A stretch of 64,000 nt of DNA from Candidatus Helarchaeota archaeon (GTDB lineage: Archaea > Asgardarchaeota > Lokiarchaeia > Helarchaeales > RDOG01), in the NCBI GenBank assembly GCA_019058315.1, contig JAHPZH010000001.1:503536-567535 (forward strand), read 5' to 3'. Below, one piece after another: positions 32,839-41,878 of the stretch. The notes under the pieces were generated by a model. It was not told where the DNA came from. It saw nothing but the letters and a program-made list of their open reading frames with translations, and did no database searches. The position numbers were made by a program, and so were the translations under genes. Numbering within the stretch: the first letter of the stretch is position 1; each line of letters starts with the position of its first letter.

Positions 32839-33219
32839 TTAGATTCCCTCAATAGCCCTTTCTATATCATCGCCTTCATTTTTATCCCAAAATCTTCTAA
32901 CAGAAGTAGAAATTCCACCTCGAACAGCAACCTCCAATTCAATAAATATCCAATTTGGTTCTATTACAGCTTTGAGGTCTTCAATTATTTTATTTATTAA
33001 TTCTTCATGATAAATTCCTTCATTTCTATAGCTCGTCAGATATAATTTTAAAGACTTTAACTCAACGATTTTCTCATCAGGTTCATAAAGTAATCTAAGT
33101 GTATAGAAATCAGGTAATTCAGTTGTTGGACAAACTGCAGTCAATTCTGGATATACATGTTCACAAACAAATTTTTTTCCTTTATTCTTATTTTCAAAAG
33201 TTTCAAGTAAATCTCTCAT
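32839..33219 (-). CDS. queF: NADPH-dependent preQ0 reductase QueF (unimodular)
   Basis: PELTAVCPTTELPDF (catalytic Cys/Asp), QueF motif ELKSLKLY, HEE, RGGI. Confidence 0.9.
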   Translation of the reverse strand: MRDLLETFENKNKGKKFVCEHVYPELTAVCPTTELPDFYTLRLLYEPDEKIVELKSLKLYLTSYRNEGIYHEELINKIIEDLKAVIEPNWIFIELEVAVRGGISTSVRRFWDKNEGDDIERAIEGI

Positions 33220-33349
33220 CTTTTTAACTTCTATAAATTTGTCATTTTAGTAATATTAAGAATCAGTTTAATTAAATATGAAATAATTAATTAAAATATT
33301 AATATTTTCAGCACTTTGAAATTGAATTATTTGAAAAATATAAAAAAGG

Positions 33350-33997
33350 GTGCTTAAAATAAATTCTGACGAAAATCTCGGAAAAGTTACAATTGAAAAA
33401 TCAGCACTTCAAAATGCATTAAGTCATGTAGCAGAATATGGAAATTTTAGGCTTCCTCGCCGTAAATGGAAGGAAGTGTACGGGTTACTAATTGGAAAGT
33501 TAAAAAATAATAATTTAATTGTAAATAATGCATTTCCAATGACTCATGGTAGTTCGATATTTGTTGAATTTGAAAAAGAACATTACATTCTTGCAGCAGA
33601 AATTAATGAGATTATTGCTGAAAATGGTGATTTTTTTGTTGGCTGGTATCATTCACATCCTGGTTTAGGATTTTTCTTATCAGGAACCGATGTTTTAACT
33701 CAATTAGGATTTCAAGACGTAAATCCTCATGCAATAGCAATTGTTTTTGATCATAAAGAATTAGAAAGGGAAAATGAAACATTTACAATCTTCCGTTTAC
33801 ATAATACGTCGGAAGGAATTTTATCTAATTACTATGTTGTAGATTATGAACTCAATGGTTTAGAGAATGAATCAGAGTTAGAATTTATAGAAAAAATATA
33901 TTATAAAATAACTCATTCTTTAGAAACTAAAAAAATCAGAAAAGTAGAAAGCACAGCAAGGAATAATATTGAAAAATGGCTTAAGTTAGAAGATTAA
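33350..33997 (+). CDS. JAMM/MPN+ metallopeptidase (Rpn11/CSN5-like)
   Basis: EVYGLLIG...VGWYHSHPGLGFFLSGTD: intact E-x(n)-HxH-x7-S-x2-D motif. Confidence 0.9.
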   Translation: MLKINSDENLGKVTIEKSALQNALSHVAEYGNFRLPRRKWKEVYGLLIGKLKNNNLIVNNAFPMTHGSSIFVEFEKEHYILAAEINEIIAENGDFFVGWYHSHPGLGFFLSGTDVLTQLGFQDVNPHAIAIVFDHKELERENETFTIFRLHNTSEGILSNYYVVDYELNGLENESELEFIEKIYYKITHSLETKKIRKVESTARNNIEKWLKLED

Positions 33998-34055
33998 AAT
34001 AAAAAGTATTATAAATTTATAGATTTATTCTTAAGCTGGGATTTTATTTAAAAAT

Positions 34056-34703
34056 CTATTCTATTGGAGTCCCGCATTTTGGGCAGATCTCAGCATCATA
34101 ATCAACTTCTGCCCCACAATTAGGACAATTAACTCCAAGGACTGAAAATACTTCATCTAATTCTGATGATGTTTCGACAGATTGTGTTGGTGTAGGATGG
34201 GATGGTAGATTTTGTCCAAAAGATATAACGGGTTCTGTTGTTGTGGTCTCAGTTGTAATTTCTTGTTGTATATTACTCTGATCTTTTATTTCAGCAGGTT
34301 TAGTAACTGCAGTTGAATATGCTGACCAAAATGAATCAGGTTGACTAGTTGGCTTTTTCATTTTTATTGTTGGTTTAGGTCCTGCTTGTGGTGTTATTGG
34401 GGTAGGTAGGGCACCAGTTTTTTGAAAATCATCAACTTGTTTCAATAAAGTTGCCATTTTTGCACCCAGATCCATTTCATCTATAGGATGGTCTTTTAAT
34501 GAATATTTATGTCCAACAATATCCCGAATATAGTCTGTGATGACGGCTGAAGTTACTTTCTTGAGTTTCACAACCTTAAGGACCTTATTATTGGTATTAT
34601 CTATTACTCTCATAGCCCACTTTTTTCTAACTGATGCTATTTGAAAACTACATGGGCATCCTTTGATTGGGATCTTTTCTGTAATAAATTCTGTCTGTGC
34701 CGT
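34056..34703 (-). CDS. zinc-ribbon protein with P/T/S-rich linker
   Basis: C-terminal CPNC...CPKC. The frame is open 30 codons upstream of ATG 34613, to an ACG (34703) that lies 7 nt from GGAGG. Confidence 0.75.
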   Translation of the reverse strand, partial: TAQTEFITEKIPIKGCPCSFQIASVRKKWAMRVIDNTNNKVLKVVKLKKVTSAVITDYIRDIVGHKYSLKDHPIDEMDLGAKMATLLKQVDDFQKTGALPTPITPQAGPKPTIKMKKPTSQPDSFWSAYSTAVTKPAEIKDQSNIQQEITTETTTTEPVISFGQNLPSHPTPTQSVETSSELDEVFSVLGVNCPNCGAEVDYDAEICPKCGTPIE

Positions 34704-34805
34704 ATGGAATCCTCCAACTAGTTATACAATAAATTTGAAAATATTAATTAATAAGAATTTTTGTGTTTATTTAACAACTTTTTAATTTATAAGGGTATTT
34801 TCACG

Positions 34806-36923
34806 ATGAAGATAGATCTAAGAAAAATGAAAAAAAGAACCCTTATTTTTCTTATGCTATCATTAGTGGGAGTATCTATCCTTTTTCTTGTTCCCGGAAT
34901 TTTTGATAAAGCTGAAAAAAACCCTTATGATGAGCCCGGAGTATTAATTAATGAGGTTTATATTTATGGTTTTTTAACGCACTTTCTCGAACCTACTGTG
35001 ACTCTTTCGGCAGCTATTGTACAACCATTAATTCATAATGGAGGGCTACGTCCGGGAATAGTTTTATGTCACGGATGGGGAGCAACTAAAGAGGAATTAA
35101 TGTATATTGCTGCTGATTTTGCTAGAGCCGGGATGGTTGTAATATTATTTGACATGGAGGGGACGGGAAGGAGTACGGGGGCTCATAATTTGGTTGGAGG
35201 AAGAACTAGACTTAATGCGTGGGCTGCAGTCGAATATTTGGTTAAATTAAGTGATGTGTTACATATAAATACAAGCTGTATAGGCATGGCTGGACATAGT
35301 CAAGGTGGTATTACAACAGCAATTGCTTCCGCATTAGATGAAGTCGATGGCCCTGCTTCTAAAGGCATAGCAAACATATCCGCATCAGTTTCAATATTTT
35401 CAGAAGGTTTTATTGAAGATGTTTTTGGTGTTATGTTTGGGTATGATTCAACTGTAATGCCAATTTTATGGCCTTACCTTGGAATGGACTTATTCGATTA
35501 CAATAACCCACTGGATAGATGGCAACAATCTATTATTCCCAATATTAATGCCTCTAGACCAAAAAATTGGATGCTAATTACAGGTCAATCAGATGAATTG
35601 ACAAATAATTGGATTCAATATCATGTTATGAAGCATGCTGTGCCTGATGAAATAACATATGAAGATCTCATTTCAAATATTACTACTAAGAATGTTTGGA
35701 CTCTCCCAACACAATTAGGAAATTTCTCACAGGGAACAGCGAGAAAATTCAGTCTTCTTTATGGGAGAGATCACTCTGGAGAAATGGATTCTGTATTAAC
35801 AGGCACAATGATGATTGATTGGTTTTGTGATGCCTTTTTATTCAATCAAGATAGAACAGAATTAGAAATTCTTACTGGTATAATTATATTCCGTGATGAA
35901 TTTTCTGACTTTAATACAGATTCATTATTTGATATAATTTCTAAAACTATTTCATCAAATGGTCTGCTGATAGGATTAACAATTGCGATGATTCCATTAG
36001 GTTATTTTCTTTCATTAAAGTTTAAAAATAAGAAGAATTTAGATCCAGTAAATGCTCGAAACATTGAAAAAAGATCTTTTATAAAATGTCTTTTATTATA
36101 TGCTGGGGTTTATCTATTAGCTTCATTGTGTTCATTTTTCTTTGCTTGGTTATTTTCAATTCGCACAATTGTTCCATTTTTTGTCTCTAATATTTTTGCT
36201 GTGTTCTTCTTAATGAAACAAATAATATTAGTTCCCTCACTGATTGGTATTATCTATTATGAAAGGAAAAAACTTAATCAAACAGCTGAAGATTTTGGAA
36301 TTTCTCGAGAAAGTCTTTTAAAATCAGCATTAATCGGAATAATTATGATATTAACCTTTATATCTATTACTAATATTGTAGATCTGACATTTAATAATTT
36401 CACACAAGCCCTTTTTATTCCTCCAGCCCATTTACAAGGATTCTTCACATTTGTACTAATCTTAGGTCTAAATTTTTTAATTGATGATCTAATATTCAGA
36501 GGATTGGTTCAATCGAAAATGGAACGTTATGGGGGCCGTTGGAATGCTGCTTTTTTAACAAACTTCTATACTGCTGTAATCGGAGGTCTGGCAATGATGT
36601 TTACTGTGCTGCCTCTATTTTGGAACGATCCGGGCTCTTCGCTTACATTTTGGGACATTGATATATTAAGAATGCTATTTAGAGATACTCCTTTAGTGCT
36701 TCCATTTATACTAGCCGTATTTTTAGGTGGAACTGGGTTATACGCTATTATTGGAATAATTTCTGGAATATTTAAAGCGAAAACAAGAAATATAATAGCT
36801 GGAACTGTTGTTATTACATTAATTGTTGCATTTCTCCTCGTTAATTGGGGACCATTTGGAATCCTTACTGCTTGGGACGGAGTACATTTTCCACAATATA
36901 TACACGCGGTGATTTCAGATTGA
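34806..36923 (+). CDS. alpha/beta hydrolase fused to a multi-pass CPBP/Abi-like membrane domain
   Basis: N-terminal TM; HGWG, GHSQGG nucleophile elbow, SDEL, DHSGE; about 9 C-terminal TM segments with IDDLIFRG. Confidence 0.82.
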   Translation: MKIDLRKMKKRTLIFLMLSLVGVSILFLVPGIFDKAEKNPYDEPGVLINEVYIYGFLTHFLEPTVTLSAAIVQPLIHNGGLRPGIVLCHGWGATKEELMYIAADFARAGMVVILFDMEGTGRSTGAHNLVGGRTRLNAWAAVEYLVKLSDVLHINTSCIGMAGHSQGGITTAIASALDEVDGPASKGIANISASVSIFSEGFIEDVFGVMFGYDSTVMPILWPYLGMDLFDYNNPLDRWQQSIIPNINASRPKNWMLITGQSDELTNNWIQYHVMKHAVPDEITYEDLISNITTKNVWTLPTQLGNFSQGTARKFSLLYGRDHSGEMDSVLTGTMMIDWFCDAFLFNQDRTELEILTGIIIFRDEFSDFNTDSLFDIISKTISSNGLLIGLTIAMIPLGYFLSLKFKNKKNLDPVNARNIEKRSFIKCLLLYAGVYLLASLCSFFFAWLFSIRTIVPFFVSNIFAVFFLMKQIILVPSLIGIIYYERKKLNQTAEDFGISRESLLKSALIGIIMILTFISITNIVDLTFNNFTQALFIPPAHLQGFFTFVLILGLNFLIDDLIFRGLVQSKMERYGGRWNAAFLTNFYTAVIGGLAMMFTVLPLFWNDPGSSLTFWDIDILRMLFRDTPLVLPFILAVFLGGTGLYAIIGIISGIFKAKTRNIIAGTVVITLIVAFLLVNWGPFGILTAWDGVHFPQYIHAVISD

Positions 36924-37156
36924 TCTAAAAAAATTAGATATTGTTTTATTTTAAAAAATCTTGAAATTTTCATTACTTAATTTTTGAATAAATGAAGTAA
37001 GTTATATTGTAACTTGCTTATATTGCAATTTGGTTATATCATAATATATCTTGTACTTTATATTCGCAATTGTATGTTGTTTTATTCACTTGTATTAGGG
37101 TAATTTAAGATTAAATATTAAAAAATTAATAAACAACATATAAGGAGCTTTTTAAA

Positions 37157-38953
37157 ATTAAAAAATGGGTAATATCTTGTATTTTAATTTCTATGATGCT
37201 ATATTTTTCTATATTCGGTGTTTCATTGTCCAATTCTCCTATCTTTATATCATTCCCAGAATCAATTAACCAAAATTCCAATTTGTATACTTCTAGTTGG
37301 TCTAATGCGACTGTGATTTCAGACGATAGTAGTGGATGGAATAATATGGGCAGCTACTACCCTAGCATCATTACAGGTAAAAATGGAACTTTACACGTGG
37401 TTTGGACTGATAATACATTTGGTCCATGGGGAACTGATTATGAAATATTTTATGCAAATTACACTGACGCTGGCTGGTCCAATGCAACTTGTATTTCAGA
37501 TATTTACGGGTGGAATGATGCTTATAGTGCTTATCAAAGTATTGCTATTGATGATAATGGAAATTTACATGTAGTCTGGACGGATGACACGGATGGTGAA
37601 TGGGGAACGGATCTAGAAATAATGTATACTAATCGTACTGCAGCTGGTTGGTCTAATGCAACGGTGATCTCGGATGATGCAACTGGGTGGAATGATGCTG
37701 ATAGTAATTATCCTAGCATCGCTACTGACATTAATGGAAACGTACACGTTGTTTGGCAGGATGATACGAATGGTACATGGGGAATTGATACAGAAATAAT
37801 GTATACAAATTATACTGCCACGGGCTGGTCCAATGCAACGGCGATTTCTGACATTTATGGATGGAATAATGATGTTAGTAGAGAACCATGCATCACCACA
37901 GATAAGAATGGAATAGTGCATGTGGTTTGGCATGACGATACAGATGGTACATGGGGAACAGATATGGAAATAATGTATTCAAATTATACTGCATCAGGTT
38001 GGTCTAATGCTACCGCGATTTCAGATATTTACGGATGGAATGATGGTTATAGTTCATATCCTAGCATTGCCACAGATAATAATGGAAGTATACATGTTGT
38101 CTGGCAGGATATCGTGGCGGGTGAATGGGGATCAGATGTCGAAATATTTTATACTAATCATACTACTGCGGGCTGGTCAAATGCAACTGTGATTTCAGAT
38201 GATAGTTCTGACTGGAATGATGGATCAAGTTGGAGACCTAGCATTGCCACGGATAATAATAATGGAATTCACGTGGTCTGGGAAGACTACACTGACGGTG
38301 AGTGGGGAACTGATTCTGAAATAATGTATGTAAGATACACTAGTGTGGGTTGGTCTAACGCAACATGTATTTCAGATCTTTATGGATGGAATGATCTTTC
38401 GAGTGTTTACGCTAGTATCGCAACCGATAATTATAGAAGGGTCCATATTGTATGGCAGGATGATACAGATGGTGAATGGGGAACAGATCAAGAAGTGATG
38501 TATTCATACATAGGATATCCAACCTCAAACCACCCTTTAAATATTACGACTTCAACCAAGGGTTCGGAAACAATCAATTGGACACTTTGGGATGCAGTAG
38601 GATCTGGAAAATTTAGGGTTTGGACGAATGATACAAACGATATCTATTATATTTGGCAGGATTGGATTGATTGGACGAATAATACAAATTTATTAGTGCC
38701 GATTAATAGAACTACGATTGGGTTTTTCAATTATACAATCGAATACAACAATAGTATGGGTGAAATGGGTATAATTGACACAGTAATGGTAAATGTTACT
38801 AAATATGTACCTTCAAATCAAGAGCAAAATTTGGGGTTAGTTCTTATATTAGCAACACAACCGACAGATTCAGGTCTAATCTTTGTATTGATTGGAATTG
38901 GTGCTGCAGCGGTAATAATCGTAATTGTAATAGTAATTAAAAGGAAAAAATAA
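37157..38953 (+). CDS. secreted, membrane-anchored 7-repeat (probable beta-propeller) glycoprotein
   Basis: Seven 58/59-aa repeats, a C-terminal beta-rich domain, and a TM helix followed by KRKK. The first ATG is at 37193, but an ATT at 37157 with an AGGAG RBS gives a complete signal peptide. Confidence 0.85.
   Translation: MKKWVISCILISMMLYFSIFGVSLSNSPIFISFPESINQNSNLYTSSWSNATVISDDSSGWNNMGSYYPSIITGKNGTLHVVWTDNTFGPWGTDYEIFYANYTDAGWSNATCISDIYGWNDAYSAYQSIAIDDNGNLHVVWTDDTDGEWGTDLEIMYTNRTAAGWSNATVISDDATGWNDADSNYPSIATDINGNVHVVWQDDTNGTWGIDTEIMYTNYTATGWSNATAISDIYGWNNDVSREPCITTDKNGIVHVVWHDDTDGTWGTDMEIMYSNYTASGWSNATAISDIYGWNDGYSSYPSIATDNNGSIHVVWQDIVAGEWGSDVEIFYTNHTTAGWSNATVISDDSSDWNDGSSWRPSIATDNNNGIHVVWEDYTDGEWGTDSEIMYVRYTSVGWSNATCISDLYGWNDLSSVYASIATDNYRRVHIVWQDDTDGEWGTDQEVMYSYIGYPTSNHPLNITTSTKGSETINWTLWDAVGSGKFRVWTNDTNDIYYIWQDWIDWTNNTNLLVPINRTTIGFFNYTIEYNNSMGEMGIIDTVMVNVTKYVPSNQEQNLGLVLILATQPTDSGLIFVLIGIGAAAVIIVIVIVIKRKK
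37298..38510 (+). repeat. intragenic tandem repeat, 7 units of 174/177 bp
   Basis: The WSNAT codons (TGGTCnAAyGC) recur at 37298, 37475, 37649, 37826, 38000, 38174 and 38351. Confidence 0.9.
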
Positions 38954-39034
38954 CCTTAAACATTCAAAATCTTCTTTTTTTTCAATATGTTTGGATTTAT
39001 CTCCATAATTTCAGATTAATAAAATAAATAATTT

Positions 39035-40090
39035 CTATTCTTCAGACTTTTTATTTTCTTCAAAATTATAAAGAATTTTACCTATATTATAAAATACTTC
39101 ATCAACATTTTCCCCATTTAACGCCGAAGTTTCGATGTATTCATACTTCAATTGCTTTCCTAGTTTTATTCCATCTTCTTTAGTTACTTTCCTCTCATCA
39201 CTCATATCTGATTTATTACCAACGATATATCCCAAGATTTTTTCATCTTTTAAAAATCTATTTATATCGGAATTCCATTTTGCTACATTTCCAAAGGTTT
39301 TTGGAGAAGTTAAATCAAAAATCAACAGTTGAGCATCTGCACCTCTATAAAAATGTTTTCTCATTTTTTGAAATTTTGTTTGTCCTGCAAGATCCCAGAT
39401 TATCAATTCAATGTTTGTATTTTTATAATTAATTATTTTTTCGGTAATATTAACTCCAATTGTACTGATATATGTTCTTTTAAAAGCATGATCAGTAAAT
39501 CTTAAAATTATCGAAGTTTTTCCAACACTAGGATCTCCACAAACAATAATTTTAAATCTATATTTTGATTTTATAACCTCCTCCTCATCCAAAATAGGAA
39601 AAGACTCCTCTTCATCAATAAAAATTTCTTGACTTTTTAAATCTTCTAATAAATTTATTATTTTGGCATGAAATTTTTTCAATTCTTCTTGAATTTGATT
39701 TTTATCCGCAGTTTCTTCTTCGATATCAATGATTTTATCAATTGTCTCATTAAAAATAACTTCAAAATGATTCAAGTATTTATAAAAAATCGAATCATTT
39801 ACTTCGTTATAGAGCAAAGTCAAGCTACTTTCCGCAATCCCACCTCTTCTAGATTTATTCTTAATCTCCAATAATCGAACTAAACCTTTCAAATTGATAG
39901 ATGGAAAAGGTAAGATTGCTATAGATTCTGAACTACGGTGATCCTCACCAATCATAATGTTGATTGTTTTTAAACTCACTAGATTTTTTATTTTTATGGA
40001 TATATCTTGTGGATAGTATGCAAGAGCCGTAGGCCCCAGTTTATCCTCAAACTGAGAATAAATGACCCCAATTATTAATTCTTCTGTCAA
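39035..40090 (-). CDS. Rab-like small GTPase with N-terminal longin/uDENN-like domain (paralog 1)
   Basis: GDPSVGKTS, YISTIGV, WDLAGQ, NKSD, ETSAL; the ~175-aa N-terminal domain starts YSQFEDKLGP. Confidence 0.9.
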   Translation of the reverse strand: MTEELIIGVIYSQFEDKLGPTALAYYPQDISIKIKNLVSLKTINIMIGEDHRSSESIAILPFPSINLKGLVRLLEIKNKSRRGGIAESSLTLLYNEVNDSIFYKYLNHFEVIFNETIDKIIDIEEETADKNQIQEELKKFHAKIINLLEDLKSQEIFIDEEESFPILDEEEVIKSKYRFKIIVCGDPSVGKTSIILRFTDHAFKRTYISTIGVNITEKIINYKNTNIELIIWDLAGQTKFQKMRKHFYRGADAQLLIFDLTSPKTFGNVAKWNSDINRFLKDEKILGYIVGNKSDMSDERKVTKEDGIKLGKQLKYEYIETSALNGENVDEVFYNIGKILYNFEENKKSEE

Positions 40091-40114
40091 TTCTAATCTT
40101 TTATTTAACTCAAG

Positions 40115-41161
40115 TTATTTTCTCTTTAATAATTCTCCTAAATTAAAGAAAGCATCATCAATATTCTCACCTGTTAAAGCAGAAGTCTCAATGTAACCAA
40201 GATTTAACTTTTTCGCAATTTTTAAAGCCACATCTTCATCTATTTTTCGATTTTCAACTAAATCATTCTTATTTCCAACAATAAAACCCTTAATTTTTGT
40301 TTTTAAATAGGATTCAACATCTTTATACCAATCTGGAATGCTATTTAATGTTTTTGGGCGTGTTAAATCAAATACTAATAGTACACCATCCGCTCCTTGA
40401 TAGAAATGTTTTCGCATTCTTGAAAATTTGCTTTGTCCAGCTATATCCCAAAGAATGTATACAATTGAGATATTTTTTTCTTTAGATAAATCTATTTTTT
40501 TTTCTGAGATATTAACTCCAATAGTCGGTATATAAGTTCGTTTAAATGCCCTATCAGTAAATCTTAATATAGTAGAAGTTTTCCCAACACCAGGATCTCC
40601 ACAAACAATAATTTTGAACCTAAAAGACTTCCCTACTACCACTTTCTCAGGAACAGCTTCGGGGAAGGCTTCTCCCTCCAGAGCCTCCATCTCAGTTTCT
40701 CGTAATTCATCTAAAATCGTATTTAATTTTATATAAAACTCTTCCATCTCTTTCAAAATGCGATTTTTATCTGCATTTGATTCCTCTAATTCAATAACTT
40801 TTTCAACAGTTTCATTAAATACAGACTCAAAATTTGGCATATATTTATAAAAAATTAGATCATTAGCCTCATTGAATAAAACTGTTATAGATGCATCAAC
40901 AACTCCCCCTCTTCGTGTTTCATCTTTGATTTCAATCGCTTTAACTAAACCTTTAAGATTATTTGATGGAAACGGAATTACGGCTAAGGACTTAGGAGTT
41001 TCTCCTTTTTCTCCTGATAAAATATTAATAGTTTTTAGACTAACAGTGTTTCTAACATCCTCTGCAATATCAGAGGGATGCCACACTATTGCTCTAGGAC
41101 CGAGTTTCCCATGAAATTTTGAATAAATTCCACCTTTAATAAGATTTTTTTCCATTTTCAA
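40115..41161 (-). CDS. Rab-like small GTPase with N-terminal longin/uDENN-like domain (paralog 2)
   Basis: GDPGVGKTS, YIPTIGV, WDIAGQ, NKND, ETSAL; the N-terminal domain starts YSKFHGKLGP. Confidence 0.9.
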   Translation of the reverse strand: MKMEKNLIKGGIYSKFHGKLGPRAIVWHPSDIAEDVRNTVSLKTINILSGEKGETPKSLAVIPFPSNNLKGLVKAIEIKDETRRGGVVDASITVLFNEANDLIFYKYMPNFESVFNETVEKVIELEESNADKNRILKEMEEFYIKLNTILDELRETEMEALEGEAFPEAVPEKVVVGKSFRFKIIVCGDPGVGKTSTILRFTDRAFKRTYIPTIGVNISEKKIDLSKEKNISIVYILWDIAGQSKFSRMRKHFYQGADGVLLVFDLTRPKTLNSIPDWYKDVESYLKTKIKGFIVGNKNDLVENRKIDEDVALKIAKKLNLGYIETSALTGENIDDAFFNLGELLKRK

Positions 41162-41217
41162 TCAAATTATTTTATTAGAATCTATAAAATACTTATTCAT
41201 TTTTCAACGTTATTAAA

Positions 41218-41460
41218 TTATATTTCAAAATGTTCCTTTTTTATGGACTCTCCACACTTTTTACATTCAACCACCATCCCCATATCAAGCAAATTAAGCT
41301 CATTTTCAGTTAACTTTGTGGAAGGGTGATTGCAGAATGGACAATAATAAGCCTTGAGTTTACGTTTCTTTTTAACTTGAGAGGCTTCCGCTAATTCTGT
41401 CACAATTGAACTGTTGCTTTCATTTTCTGTATCTTCATCTTTTATATCTTTTTCTTCCAT
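41218..41460 (-). CDS. small zinc-ribbon protein
   Basis: CPFC...CKKC. Confidence 0.7.
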   Translation of the reverse strand: MEEKDIKDEDTENESNSSIVTELAEASQVKKKRKLKAYYCPFCNHPSTKLTENELNLLDMGMVVECKKCGESIKKEHFEI

Positions 41461-41878
41461 TATAGTTCACTCTAAATCGATTTTTGTTATTTTGATAGAA
41501 TTAATAATATTTATAGAAATAAAAATTTTTAATTATTTGATATTTTTTGAATTTTATCTAAATTAATTTTGGATTTCCTTTTAATTAGAAATAATAAACA
41601 CTCTTCTCCAAATCATCTAAATTATTCTCTGATAAAATCTATGTGTTTATATAATTAAATAAATATTGGATTCTTTTGTTTTAAATTTATTAATTCTTTA
41701 TTATTGAGTGTTTTAACGATTTAGGGTATATTTTCACAAAAAACTCATATGACCTAACTTATTTATAAGCATTATAACATAACAATAGTAAATTATTCAT
41801 AGTAAGTCTCTCACTTGAGAGGTTAATTATTTAGATTTTAGAAGTTATTATAACCAATTTAAAGTTAAAATATGAGGT

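Noticed and set aside
32839-33219. QueF-like archaeosine synthase or GTP cyclohydrolase I
   Set aside because: It has the QueF NADPH motif ELKSLKLY and CPxTxxPD, lacks the FolE Zn ligands, and lies next to a bacterial-type tgt.
37298-38510. Regularly spaced DNA repeats as a CRISPR array
   Set aside because: The units are 174/177 bp, in frame, degenerate at third positions and inside a CDS; there are no unique spacers or cas genes.
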